Positions 20,208 to 37,016 of a stretch of 64,000 nucleotides of DNA are shown here, in pieces (the first letter of the stretch is position 1; every line of letters begins with the position of its first letter). The notes under the pieces are model-generated. The model ran no database searches. It was not told where the DNA came from and was given only the letters and a program-made list of their open reading frames with translations. Origin of the DNA: the human T2T-CHM13v2.0 reference genome, Homo sapiens. The stretch lies in NCBI RefSeq assembly GCF_009914755.1, contig NC_060931.1, one strand, 5' to 3'. The position numbers were made by a program, and so were the translations under genes.

Positions 20208-20590
20208 TTGTGGCAGAGGCATTTATTGTATTGCTCACCAAATATCCATAGGCTTCCCCATCTGTCCCAGTCCATCTGTAGTTTGTTCTGTCCAACCACT
20301 GAGACAGAGGTGATATGTGTCCCTTCCAGGCTGAAGTATAGGACACATGTGAATTCTCTATGCATTCTCTCCCTCTACGGCCAAGATGGTGATGGCCCAA
20401 GGCTCCAGTAATATAGCTGCAAGTGCCAGAGCCTCTATCAACCAGGGTGCTTAAGCAGAATTCCCATCTCCACTTCCCATTCCACCACCAACCTGTATGT
20501 GTCATTTAATGAAAACACGAAATAAACTTTTACTGTGTTAAGCCAAGACTCCAGAGCTAATTTGTTACTGCAGCACTGTCTATGCTAGTA
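20208..20590 (+). mobile_element. MLT1 (MaLR) LTR
   Basis: TGTGGCAGA start; AATAAACTTT..TGTGTTAAGCCA...TTTGTTACTGCAGCA end motif. Confidence 0.65.
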
Positions 20591-21482
20591 CAGCTGATTT
20601 TCTAGATCTTTTTGTAAAAAGGGAAACTCCATCTGGAGAAAGGATGATGACCAATCCAAGTCACACAGCCCTTAAATGAGCCACCAGGTTACCTTTGCAT
20701 CACGTGTCCCAAATGTGTTTCCACTCCCTCAGTTGTCGCTGTTCCTTCAGGGAGTGGTGATGTGGGGAAAAGCCCTGGTTGGTTGGGGGTTGGTATCTGA
20801 CAGTCCCTTTCTGATTTCTCTTTATTCACCAACCTCCTCTTGGGATTTCAGGCTTGCTAAACATATGGTACAAATCAGTAAAATTATTCATTGTGGTTTT
20901 CATTTGAGTGAGCCAGTTTCCGCTCCTAAGAAATGTCTTAACAAAACAGGAAGTTTTTCTTGGATCTAGAAATGGAACTTTGCCTTCTGACATTAGCTTT
21001 TACCAACTTCTACAAATCTCTGTTTTCCTACTTCCCTGTCAGAGGGTGGGGCACATAGAAGAGAAAATCTGGATTCATGTAGTAGAGTTAGGGCTGACTG
21101 AGTTGGGGAGTGGGTGGAGTGTAAAATGGCAGCTTGACCAGGCTGGGCCATAGCCACTCATCTGACCACTTTATCTCTCACCTCTTCCCCCACTTTGGCC
21201 TTGGGAAGGAGGCATCAAGGAGAGTGTGAAGGACCAAGGAATGCTAGGGATAGTTGGTGGCCACTTCTCGACAGTAACCCTTTACCTAATGTATCCCAGC
21301 TGATATTTCTCAAAACATGTTGCTATGCCTCACTCATTAGGTTCCACTCCATGGGGACAGGGAGCATGTGTGTCTTGTTCTCAATACCTGACACATAGTG
21401 GGCATTCAAGAGTACTTGAAGGAATACAGGGAGGAATAATTGATTTTCATAACTATCTTAGGGATTAGAAAAATCAAATGTA

Positions 21483-21808
<326 letters not shown>

Positions 21809-21860
21809 CTAATTTCCATTTTACAGATGGAGAAATGGAAACATTAAGGTTTTAAGTTGT

Positions 21861-22435
<575 letters not shown>

Positions 22436-22845
22436 TTAGGTTACTGATTCAGGGTGACACAGGGTCAGTTGGTCAGTGAAGAGGTAGAAGTGAAATCCAA
22501 TTCTCCCAATTTCTATTTTCTTTCAATTGTATGACAGGTTAGGTTTAAAGTCCTCTCCCCACCTGACATACACAATAGTACTGGCCATTTATCATCACGA
22601 TGGTGGTGATTGACATTATATAATGTAAATCGGCACCATGAGATTGTATGTTATATATGTCTACATTTGTTTCAGGAAAGTCTATCAGGAAAGACATCAA
22701 AATCCTACCATTATTATCACTGGGTATAGAGTCTCATGATGTTAATTCTTAAGTTCTTACTGATTTGTATTTTGTTTTCCCCTCAAGAATAAACATGTAC
22801 TACCTGTGCTACCCAAAAAAATAGAGGGTGCAAAACAGCCTCTAG

Positions 22846-24783
<1,938 letters not shown>

Positions 24784-27700
24784 AGCAGCAACTTCTTAAT
24801 AGAAATTTTGAACTTTCTGGATTCTTAGGAACACAAAATATACTTACCTTTTGAGTTGAGGTTGGTCACTGCCAGAGGTTTCAGCCAGTGATTCTGGTCT
24901 GTGACCTTCTTGGGTTATGCTGAGCGTCCTTTATACTATATAGACAGAATGTCACAATTTATACCGGAGTTGGTCTCAAGCCCTCTTAACCCAAGTACTT
25001 AGCAGCTCTCCTCTATTCATGAAAGTTTGCAACCCATCAAGACTACTTAAAGATTAAAATAATACCTGATTGAATCCTGGATTATATTTCAAAGTTTTGT
25101 CTGAGAATTCCCTCACAACTTCTGAGGTCATTCTCTGATACCATGGTCAAGGTACGTGATATTACTTCTTTTTCCCATTTTTCAAATGAAGAATCTGAAA
25201 AATTACACAGCAGCATCAGGATTTTTTTTTTTTTCCTAAACTACTTGATAATGTGAGTCTAAGGATTTAAACGTTCCTGTCTGAAGCCAAAGCCTATTTT
25301 GTTTCCAGGCCTCAGTAAACAGAGTTGGTCCAGAGGCTGGAAAAGTCATTTGACAGCATTCCAGCCCTGTCAGCATCTTCACTGAGTAGCTTTGTTATTT
25401 GCTATAAACAGTTGTAAATTTCCAGAACTGCAGGCACACCCATATTAAAGTGTTCATTACTAAAATGCCTCATAATGCCAAATGCAAATCAACAAGTGAA
25501 TTAAAGTCCCAGTGGAATTCTGTCCCTGGATCCCCTCCACTAGCACAGATAATTGAGAACTGACAAAATTTAACTTTTCTTAAATAATATTTAGTCAGAT
25601 ATCTCAAATCTGACCCCTTCTATCATTTAATGGAACTTCTCAATTGTGGAGGAAGAATGGTTGATGCTATGCTTTAAGCTGCTTTTAAAATGTGAAACCT
25701 ATTTTGTTAACGGAGAAACGACACTTTTTTAAAAATAACAGGACTTCTCTAGGCCCCCAAGTTTTGCTGAAACTCAGGGAACACATATGGACAACTCTCT
25801 AGTTGTTGTTCTTCCTATAAATCCCAGAAACCATAGCTTCTGATTTAATGCCCCACCGGAACTGCAGACCTTAAAAAACAAAAATCCCACTGGGATGAAA
25901 GAGGCTCATTTGTTTTGAAGTTGTGGCCCTTCCACCCCCTGGGTGGCTCCTCCCCCATGTCTGTGTCTGTGGCTTTGATTTATAATCTTCCACCCCCACA
26001 AGCCTTGGCATTTACTGGGATCCTACAAAGAGGTTAAGGTGTAAAGCAGGAAGAAGCTTTTAAGGACAAGAGGGAGTTGGGGGTAGGGGCTGGGGTATGA
26101 AAAGAGAGTTAAGGAGAGGAAAAGCAATTATAAGAGACCACATGCGTAGCATAAATGAATGAGCACACGGGCAGGGAAGGCCCTGGCTGATTGAAGAACT
26201 GCTGAATGTGGTTTTGCCCGCCAAGGCAGTGCCTGTGGTTCTGTGATACAGCTTCCAGTGGGAGAGCTCCTTGCCCAATGCACTGTAATGAGGATAGCCA
26301 GTATGTGAACCCCCCTCCTGCTTTGTCAAGGTTTTTTATATGCTTGCACAGCTAGCTCTGTGTTCCCAGCTGTAAGGCCTGGGATTTGCAGTTTATCCCC
26401 TGGGGGGTAAATAATAGGAGCTGCAATCTTCTGCCAGAAAAGAACTTGCTTCACCAGCTTGGACACTCAGTTGATGATGAACGCAAAAGATTTTCTGGAA
26501 AATAAAATGAGATACCCCATGGGCCAACCTTTGAAAACTGTGAGGTGCCAAGTAAATGTGAGTCATCGCAGTTCTAATAATTATCAGGGCTAGGTAGGTG
26601 GGTTTTCTTGAAAAGGATGAAGCCTCAGAACTTATGGCTTAGTGCCTAAAGGGAGCTTCATGATTTTCCTTGCAGGAATTTCTGGAGACAGACAACTCAA
26701 AATTTTCCCTTTGGAGTTTCTGATGCAGTGTTGAATCCACAGATTCTAGAGGCAGACTTGGGTTGGAAGTCTGGCTCTGCCATTTATCTGTGTGAACTAG
26801 GGCAATTCTCCCCTCTGGAAAATGGGAATACTCTATTACTGGATGTGGTTGTGAAAGAAGTAGTGGATGTAAAATGCTTAGCATAATGTATAAGCATTAA
26901 TAGAGGCACAATGCATGGTTACCTGTATCATGTACCTTTCATGAGAAAATTGGTCTGGTTTAGCACTGAGGCAATGGAAGGGAAGGAGAGACAACACTGT
27001 GACATGTCTAATATAAAGCACACAAGAAAAATAAGCAATGGGGACATTTATTATATACAGGCCCAACCAAAGATTCCAGGGACTCAGGGTGAGAAGCACC
27101 CAATGCTTTCCTCAAGCAACTGGGTTCTTGGAGAGCCCAAGAAGTACTGGTATTAAGTACCAAAGTCTATGTCTGTCAGTGCAGGAAAAGAACTATAGAT
27201 GGTCATGTAGACTATGTGGAGAGAAGGTATCTCTTGGAATGTGTCTGAGGAAGTAAATTTTAGCTGTATAGCCTATGCAATGCTGAAAATGGGTGAGAAT
27301 GGATGACGGCAGGATTCTAGAACCTACTATTGTCGTTGTCAGTAATGAGTCACAAAAGTCACATAGCGAACATATGAAACACACAGTATAATTATGCTGC
27401 TCATTTGCACACGGGTAACACAAATCTTGTCCACAGCCTGTTCCGAAGCTACAATCCAAAAAATGGCATTTGGCTTCTGCCTCAAATAACAGAAAGTTGA
27501 ATCCAAATACAAATTTTTATACTAATTATTATTTTCTGTCATTCTTCATCTTGTTTGCTAACCATTTAGCTTGAATATTAACACAAATATTTGTTGACAG
27601 TGTGCAATTATATGCACTGTGAAGGATGCAAAGGAATTTAACATGTTCCCAGACTTCAGAATTGGCATCAATTGACTCAAAAGGGAACCAAAGATGAGTA

Positions 27701-28104
27701 TCAAACCCAGGCCTTCATTCTTTATTTTTTGGTTCCTCTTTAACATTTTCCACTTTCCTACTAGCAGATTCTGACATCTGAGTCAAGATTACTTGTCTTT
27801 AATCATGTTAGTACTGACTCGATCTATTTATATGTTAGAGTAGCTAGCACTAATCGAGCTTCTACTATGTGCCAGGCATTCATGTCACAAGCATAGACCA
27901 TTCAGTTAGTTCTCAGGACCCTATCTAGTATTTATTATCGTCCTCATTTTACAAATGAGAAAATTGAAGCCTAGAGATTAAAGAACTACTGTGAGGTCAC
28001 AGCCTAATGTCTCATGGCTAGGAAACATGTAGGTGCAAAGAGGGGAGGTGGACTGAGATTTACATTTTTTCTAGCTGTTTGGAGTATTATCAGTTATAAG
28101 ATAA

Positions 28105-28121
28105 TGCACTAGAGGGCGCTA
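28105..28121 (+). promoter_or_regulatory. CTCF core motif
   Basis: TGCACTAGAGGGCGCTA is close to consensus CCACYAGRGGGCGC in an otherwise AT-rich context. Confidence 0.65.
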
Positions 28122-30339
28122 AATACACAAGCTTTAGCTGTTTCCATAATGCAGTTCCCACAGTAGTGAAAGATATATAATTGGTAATGGATGCAAGCCA
28201 AAAAGGCCCTCCCCAAAAAAGATGCAATTTATGATAACTGAGAAGCTGTATTTCTGTCCCCTCAATTAAGAAAAACCCTCATTTTATATTGAGCAATATT
28301 TATATTTTGTCTCTAATTTGATATTGATTGCTATTCAAAGTTCCTTTCAGTTAGAAGTTTAATTTTTCCTTGTTCTGCCTGCTGAATGACAAAGGGAAAG
28401 GGTAGAGTAACCTGGATGAAAATAAATTTTTAAAAATTGCACTGAGATACATTGCATCTTTTAAATTTTATTTAGCAAAGTTAAACATACATATATTTTA
28501 AAAGAGAAAAAGAGGAACTCACCCAACCCTCATATCCAAGAGCTTAAAATCACAGGAACTCAAGACCCATCCTCAACTTCAAATGCCAGTCATTATTTTA
28601 GAGGTAACTCAGATTTCTAAGTAATGCTTCTGTTTCTCGATTTATCAAATAGACATTATGTATTTTGTTTTCCTACATGAGAATTGAGTAGTTAACAGAA
28701 TACCCATCTCTTATCAGTAACAAAGATTTACAAAATAACTTTTGTTTTTCATAATTACAAAAGCAATACATTATTATTGAAGAACATGTTTTAAAAAAAG
28801 ACAAAAAGTAACAAAACTCTCCATTATCCCAACAGGCAGAGGAAGTTATTACCATTTTAATGCATATCCTTAACACATACATGTAAAAGATACATATACA
28901 CATAAAAATATAAATGTTTAACAGAAATTACTTTGTACACAATATTTGATTAAACTATGATCTGTCTTCTTTCATTTTCGTTTTATTGTAGTAAAATTTA
29001 CATAAAATGCATAAATCTTAAATCTATACATTTTTACATTACATAGAAATGTGTAATTATATACTCCATGCTCCCTCCCAATCAGTGCTGCCTCAAAACG
29101 AACTGCTCTTCTAATTTTAGAGCTTAACTCTTCTCGTCTCTATCACCACAGATTAGTTGTATTTTTAAGCTTCATGTAAAATTTTCCATGTCAACTTTGA
29201 AAACATGACAGTTAAAAGTTCTAAGGAATCTCCAGTTCTCCAACTGGTGTGGGAATCAGATAACTTGACTCCAGTGTGAATTGTGGTTACTGATGGTATC
29301 ACTGAGTCTGTTATGGGCCACCCAGTCTTAAGGGCCAAGAATTTATGGCCCTGCAGGGATTGCAGAAAGAAACCAAACCGAAGTTCATAACTCAGCCTAA
29401 AAGGAGAAAGTTCTATTACTCAGTATCTCAAGACTAAGTGGATCATAAATGGTGTCACAAGTTTGCAGTTTTTTTTTCCTGTGGAAGATAATAATCTTTT
29501 GTATGTTTAATTCGTTATCATTGCCTTATAAATTATCACAAGCAGCACAGATAACTACTGGAGTCATCAGTGCAACTTAAAACAACAAAACTAGCATTTC
29601 TCACTTGCTGTTTTTCAGACACCTCCCATCATCTGCACCTGGTCCCCAAACCAGCTGTCCATGAGCAATGACAAAGAACTAAAGCGGGGATGGGGGAGAG
29701 GGGGTGTAGGGCCCAAGAGCTGGGGAGCATTATGGCTTGCTGTCAGCTGGCAGTCTAAGATGTACTTGGGAAGATGTTTCATACCCATTTTCCCTGTGAA
29801 ATTAAAAATGTGATGCTACCAAACCTTTGCTTGTCCACCACCCTTAAAAGAATACTCATTCAGTACAAAGCCCTGCAAAAAGGAGTGAGCCAATTTGAAT
29901 AAAAGCGGAAACTTCGTAGGAATTAGGAGCCTGAAAGGCTGCGTGAGAGATCGCAAACATATTGAGGCGTTCTTGAAACACCTGCTCTCTGATTACAGGT
30001 GGGAAAAGGCCATTCCTATGCCTTCTCCCATGGGCACGGCGAATCAAAGGCACTTTCCATATTTAATACGACTAATACGTCATTGGGCAAAGAGATACTC
30101 AATACATCCCCATAGCTTTTCCTTACTTTTACTTAACCTTTATGTCGGACGCTTTATGCCTAGTACTGTTCTAAGCGCTTTGCATGCATCATCTCATCAA
30201 CCTAATATTTAATAAGAGGCTCGGATAGATTAACTTTTAAAATCTGGATACAGCTGGTTAAGGTGGCAGAAGAGTTGGAATTCAAATAAAAGCCAGTCCT
30301 ATAGCAGGGCCATTATTGCTCCTGCCTCCCCTAGCTTGA

Positions 30340-31230
30340 TCACGAAAAATGAGTAGTTCTTTCCTCTGGGCACACAGGACAATGAACAGGCGGGCTGCTG
30401 CCAGAATTTACCGAAGATGGCCGCTGTGCTGGGCTCGGAGTGAGCTGACGGTGTCTCAGCGAGAAAAGTCGGGAGCGGCAGCAGACTGCTTTTTTGGAGG
30501 GCAAGAGGGGAGAAAAGGGTTCAACGGAAAACGGGGGTAACATAAGAGCCCGAATAAGGGAAAAGGAAACCCCTGACTCCCCTAGCCACAGAAAGCGCTG
30601 GGCGGAAATGAACCGGCCTAGGACGCGCCCTGCGTGGAGGCAGGCCCGCGCGGCGGAAGTGCGTTTCTGGGGCTCCTCCTGAAGAATGCGGAGGAGGAAC
30701 TGAGCTGGCGCGCGGGCCAGCTGTCCTCTCTTCTGATCCCGAAGACAGGATCGGATTATGGGTTGTTACCGGCTTGTGCGGCCCTGGGGGTTGCCGGTTC
30801 CTGGAGACGAGCTGCACCCCTGCAGTTTACTGGGCTCTTCTGTGACCCGCTTTCCGACCCCGCCTGGGGTATTCAGACCGGGGTAGACAAGGCCCTTCTG
30901 CCCCTCCTAGCGGCCGCCTCTCCTAGGCTGGAGGGCGGCGCCCCATATGACACAGAAGGCGGCTAGGGATACGCCCTGTACCATGCCGGCCAGTCTGGAT
31001 TGCCCTAACGCCAGGCCCCGACTCGCTCTGGCCAGCGGGCATGCGGCGAGTTTGCCCCCGCAGCGCAGCCGCCCACAACTCGGTCTTCCAGAGGAGCGAA
31101 CGTTCGGACTGCTTGGTAGTTTACTAGGGCAAAGTACCACCCCACCCCGAGCGAGCAAGCGGACCTCAGGAAAGGGGCTCCTTCTGTGTAAAGTGATCGG
31201 CAGGCCTTGCAGTGGATCTTCGGTGTCCAT
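30340..31230. promoter_or_regulatory. Second CpG island, promoter/enhancer-like
   Basis: CpG-rich non-repeat sequence; YY1-like AAGATGGCCGC 30414-30424; ETS motifs GCGGAAATG 30602 and GCGGAAGTG 30653. Confidence 0.8.
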
Positions 31231-33231
31231 AGTTATATACCAATCACTATTTTGTCTACATCATTTGGACTGTGCAGAATGAGATGCCAATAATATATCA
31301 CATACAGTAAAAGGGCTATTTTCACAAAAGGTCAAAACTGGGATATATAACCTCTTTCTTTTGATTAGTCAGACTGACTTCAAAGGGGGCTTAGGGTTGC
31401 TTATTAAAGAAAAATGCCTCCCCGTGGGTTTTCATTTGAGCCACTTATAAGTGGGCTAGTTTCTCCAACACCAATTGAGCTGGAAACTAGAGTAATTAGA
31501 ACACAACATATTCCCGACCTGAACAGGATACTGAAATAAGTTAAAAGCCTCATTACTTACCAGCCTTCTCTCAGAACCCTAACACCCCTTGCAAGGGATT
31601 TCTAACTAGGAGTCGGTAGATAAAATTTAGAATGTGTGAGCATTATGTAATACACATGTAAAACATTCTGAGATGGGATCCACGGGCTTTTGGGGGCTGT
31701 CAAAAGGCCCACGGCACAAAAATAGTTAATCTGTATACTTGAGGGAAGAGAGAACCATCACTGGAAGTATTAAGCTCTAAGCTCATTCAGGCTTATTTTC
31801 TGGGAACTTGTAACAAAATGAAGTTTATGGTCCTAGCCAGACTACTCCAGATACCATACTGAGACGTTACCCTTTCCTATTTTCCACTCTCTACTGGCGA
31901 TCAGATGGTTGGTTCTTAGTTGTAAATACTTTGGTTTCATAAAACCATCATTAGAAAATGGAGACTTTTCATCAATCACGTCTTAATCTATACTTTGGGG
32001 GTGTTTAAAAGACATATTCCTTATGTACAAATAACCTGGTTTTTCCATTTCTCAAAAGATTCTCCTTTCCAGCTATGACCAGGGTTCACAGGATACTAAT
32101 GTAATTTAATAGCCCATCAACAGTCATTTGAGAGTACCATGTTTGTTTATACTGAACCCACCATGCAGATAATTAACTACTTAGAAATTTTGATGACTGC
32201 TAATCCTTTTCTCATTTTTAACTCATTGGCCAAGTGAATTCTCCCTGGCCCAAATTCTCCAACCTGCAACAATTAAACATCTTCATATATTCATATATAT
32301 ATAGTTACCTTTAATCATGTAATTCAACAGGAATAGAGAGGACGGGGACTATGAAATCTCAGCTGTGATGCAATTATGTCTGCAGCTCAAAATAGATGTT
32401 CTTTTCTCCCTCTCTTTTCCTGCTAGGATTGCACTGTAAATTCATAGCTCTTGAAAAATCATTGCTCAAATATGCCCCCCTCTTTACCACCATTCATGTT
32501 ATCCCCTATAATATCTGCATTCCTAAAAGGCTTGTTAAAATACAAATCTGCTTCATAAAACATTCCATAAATGAACCTAATATTACACCATTTTAAAAAG
32601 GTGGGAACATTGTCTTCACTGCAATTTCAGTATCTCAAAAAAATCTTTTTATTACAGTTACCTTTTCAAAATGTAGCACTGATTTGATGTTGACTTCGTA
32701 CATTTGTCCAGAATCTACAGTAATTCTGATGCAGGTTGACTCAGTGTCCATATTTTAAGAACCACTAGTTTAATGATGATTCCACTGGTTGGAATCATCT
32801 CTTTGGCTGGTCCCAGGATACCCTGAAGGCAGTAGGTTGTGCAGAATCAGATGGAACACACTTATGGAGGCATGAGAGTCACCAAGTGAACCTTTTGTGC
32901 AAAAGTGCAAATTTGATTTGGAATTCTCAAAGTCCTATTTATTACAAAAACAAAGGAACCCAGTCAAATGAAATGTGCTGGATAGAAAATTGTGGTCTTT
33001 CCATAGAAAAACCTGTTTCACCAGTGCTTTGTTATTCGAATATTTAAGGTATTCATATTTCAAGTTTATTAAACCAGTTTAAATGCTCCTCCACCTACTT
33101 ATGATTAAAACTTTCAACTCTTTATTACCTTGGTTAATGTTGACTAAGGACCTCCATGTTGAGGGAAAGTGCTGGGGTTAAGCAAATTGAACCTTTGTAG
33201 GCCCAGACAGGACCTTAATCAAGATATAAGA

Positions 33232-33390
33232 GGCCAGGTGTGGTGGCTCACACCCATAATCCCAGTTTTGGGTGGCCGAGGTGGAAGAATCGCTGCAGCC
33301 CAGGGATGCTGAGGCTGCAATGAGCCTTGATCATGCCACTGCACTCCAGCCTGAGCAACAAAGCCAGACCCTGTCTTAAAAGAAAAAACA
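33232..33390 (+). mobile_element. FRAM-type Alu monomer
   Basis: Monomer with A-rich tail. Confidence 0.78.
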
Positions 33391-34017
33391 AAGACCCTGA
33401 ACTGCAGTCACACTTTCCTAAATACCTAGTAAAATTAGCTGGTTAAATCTAGTAAGACGTTCCCCAAAGATTTACGGCAGATGCTGTTTTATATATATTG
33501 CTGTGTCCCTCTGTGACAGGAAGTTACAGGGTTCTTTTTACCAGTAGTCCTGTACCCGGGGCCTTGCAAATCAGTGTCATATGGTAGAGAACAGAATCTG
33601 ATCACATTTCCTACTTCCTAAGCAAGTACCAGAATATACTTACTAAGCTTGTATACTGCCCTCAACTGCTATATATTTTTTTCTTTTTTTTTTTTTTTTG
33701 GTGATAGTAGGGTCAAATGCTAAATTGTTCTGCATAAGAAATAAGAATTACAAAGACTGGGCAGCTGAGAAGAAACAATACTGCATACTTAAATTGTTAA
33801 GGTAGGTCTTGTGGTTTTTTTTTTTTTTTTTAAATCACACACCCAAAAAGCTTAGGTGATAACTGCAAAGGATTTTTTTTGGGGGGCGGTGGAGGAGAAA
33901 AAAGGGGAGGAGTATTTTTGCAATTTAAACATCCTCTGTAATTTTTCCCGTAAAATCATTCGTAAAATAAACATTACTCATTAGTGCCTTATGAAGTTCT
34001 CCTTTTGGGGAATGTGA

Positions 34018-34333
<316 letters not shown>

Positions 34334-35821
34334 ACGGCCTTTATTTTAAAATTTGGCATAGGAGTCAAAAGCTGCCCAAGGAGGGCAGCTACCTATGGGG
34401 TGTGCATACATTCATGACCAATATTTAAGTCCAATATAGCTTTGATAATTGTTCTATAAAATGTTTACACCTCACTGAAGAATCTGTCGTTTTAAAAGAA
34501 AATCTTTACATTTATTGTATCCAATTAACTTTGTTAGTAATCTGCCAAGTAAAACAAGTATTCATAGTAATTAGTGACTCTATTGCATTAGAACTGTAAC
34601 TTAGTGCCATTTTTGAAGACTGTTTTCCCAACAAGGAGGCATTATCATTTATCCAATTACTTTATTCTCTTTGAATAGCAAGCATGATGTAGGCCTCAGC
34701 TCACAATTTACTTACCTGATTAGCTTCCATTTCTCTTTAAGGATATTGACTATGTGACACTTCTAAGAAGGCTGACTAGTACGTAAGATTATGTAAAAAT
34801 CCTACCAGAGTATGTACTAAAATAAAGTTAACATGTCTATTTTCTAGTTGCTTGTGATTTATCTTAATTTTCTTCCTATGTCACTAAGATATGGGTAAAG
34901 AGCCCTAAACTCCAAACATTTTTACATGTTAATATAAATTTAATGGTGGCATATTATTCCATCTACTGGCTGGGACATGGTATATATAATTATTTGCCTA
35001 TTAATCGGTTCTGAATATTTGTATTCTGACTCTTGGCTAAGCTGGCTTCTGTCTTTTCTAACTACTGACTGAACTGAACCCTTTGATGACCAGCAAGGTC
35101 TCTGACTTCCAAGTGCAATTTGAGCACTATTTATTTTTAGAAGTTTTAAGTCCAAACTATTTCCTTTAATTGCTCTTGTCCAGAATACACAAGCTTTTTC
35201 TATATAGGGCCACATAAGAAATATTTTAGGCTTTGCAAGCCAATCTCCCTCACATATTCCTTTCCTTTCCCCCATTAACAACTCTTTAAAACAAACAAAC
35301 AAACAAACAACAAAACCTGAAACTGGAAGTTTTAAGTTTACTGCCACATGGGTACAATCATATACTTAGGTCGATAACTTTATAGTTTTAAATGTAACAT
35401 CTCACATTTCAAGCATCTCCTAAAACTTGCCATTGTAATTCTAGTTGCTAACATAATGGACATCATTATTTTTATGAAAATATTCCTATAGAATTAAAAA
35501 TAACACTTGAAAAAAATTAAGATTGTTTTTCAAATAGCTTACTTGGTTAAAGTCTACTTATGGAGCAAGCTACAAGTCCATATAATCTTTGCTGTTTGCC
35601 ACCTACCTAACCAATTCCTCATTTTACTCATGTTTTGTTAGACAGAATCAACTTAGGATATTGTCTTCCGTCCTAGGGACCCAGAGGAAAAGAGATGACC
35701 AAAGATGCAATAAACTGCCCCAATATACTGTGTCTATTTAAACAGAAATCAATCAGCTGTTAGGCAAGCCAATGGGTGCATAAGTAGGGAGAGGGGTCAG
35801 CCAACACTGGACACCTTAGAG

Positions 35822-36130
35822 CAGTGGTTCCCAACCTTTTTGGCACCAGGGACCCGTTTTGTGGAGGACAATTTTTCAATGGACAGGGCAAGGGGATGGT
35901 TTTGGCATGAAACTCTTCCACCTCAGATTATCAGGCATTAGTTAGATTCTCATAAGGAGAGCACAACCTAGATCCCTCACACGTGCACTTCACAATTGGG
36001 TTCTCACACCTATGAGAATCTAATGCGGCCACTGATCTGACAGGAGGCTGAGCTCAGCTATGATGTTCACTGGCCCATCACTCACCTCCTGCAGGTGCGG
36101 CCGATCAGGGGCCGGGATTGGGGACCTCTA
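35822..36130. mobile_element. MER1B (hAT-Charlie MITE)
   Basis: CAGTGGTTCCCAACCTTTTTGGCACCAGGGAC...TTGGGGACCTCT; 8-bp TSD (C/T)CTTAGAG. Confidence 0.88.
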
Positions 36131-36800
36131 TCTTAGAGGGTTTTAGGCGAATCCTAAATAGTGTGTCTCCACTAATATTTGTTAAGTTTATGCTTAACAT
36201 AGCAAGACTGATATTTGTGACAGCCCATAGACACATCTGCTCTCTTAAGATGTACAATGTTTCACAGGAATTTTAAGGGGTGTTCTTGTTTATATATTTG
36301 GCAGTTGTGTAAACTTTGGTCCTAGGAATAGAGAGAGATATGAGTCTCCAGGGACAGCAAAAACAATCAAATGGTAAAGAAGAGAGGCCATATTTTCTTT
36401 AACACCCTTAATTCCATCCTTATCTCTGCTCTTGGGTGCTTATACAGCACATTATTTGTAACTGTAGTCACTCTAAATTATCCCTTACTGCCTCTTTGAT
36501 GAGGAAGAATGATTAACACAATGGAATGTTGGAAGGTTTAAAGTCTACACCTCATCTTTCCTGGTATCCTTGAATTTACTAGTCAGGAGGAGTTAAAATA
36601 TAGTCATCTTTAAAAAAATCTCTCCCCTTTTCACTTCACAGTTCTTTATTTTATCCATATACTCTTAAGTGCAACTGCATTTTCTTTTGCCTTAACAGTT
36701 AAAGAATCCCACAGGGAATGATCATAGGCTACTCTGGTTTTCAATTTGGGGAAACCCTATACTTTAACTTGAATAAAATAACAAAGTCCTCCAAACTAAT

Positions 36801-37016
36801 ATGTGATTTCTGCCCAGAGCTCTGAAAGTCAAAGTAAAGAAATTCAATAAAGTGAGGGTAACAGGGAGTAAAGATGACTTTCAAGGTAGCCAAATGCCTC
36901 ACCATCTAAATAATGACGCCCATCAATGAACAAACAAGATTCCCACTGTCCCATCTCCTATCCAGTGAAACACAGCCAACTTGATAATTTGTGCAGGGAA
37001 AGACTCTGTTTAGCTT
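36801..37016 (+). pseudogene. Diverged 28S (LSU) rRNA fragment, helix 68-72 region
   Basis: ATGTGATTTCTGCCCAG.GCTCTGAA.GTCAAAGT.AAGAAATTCAAT...AAGGTAGCCAAATGCCTC...AGATTCCCACTGTCCC...TATCCAGTGAAAC is colinear with the conserved 28S core. Confidence 0.88.

Noticed and set aside
24848-25042. Minus-strand exon-like unit of 195 nt as a coding exon
   Set aside because: Stop codons in all three frames; at most a lncRNA exon
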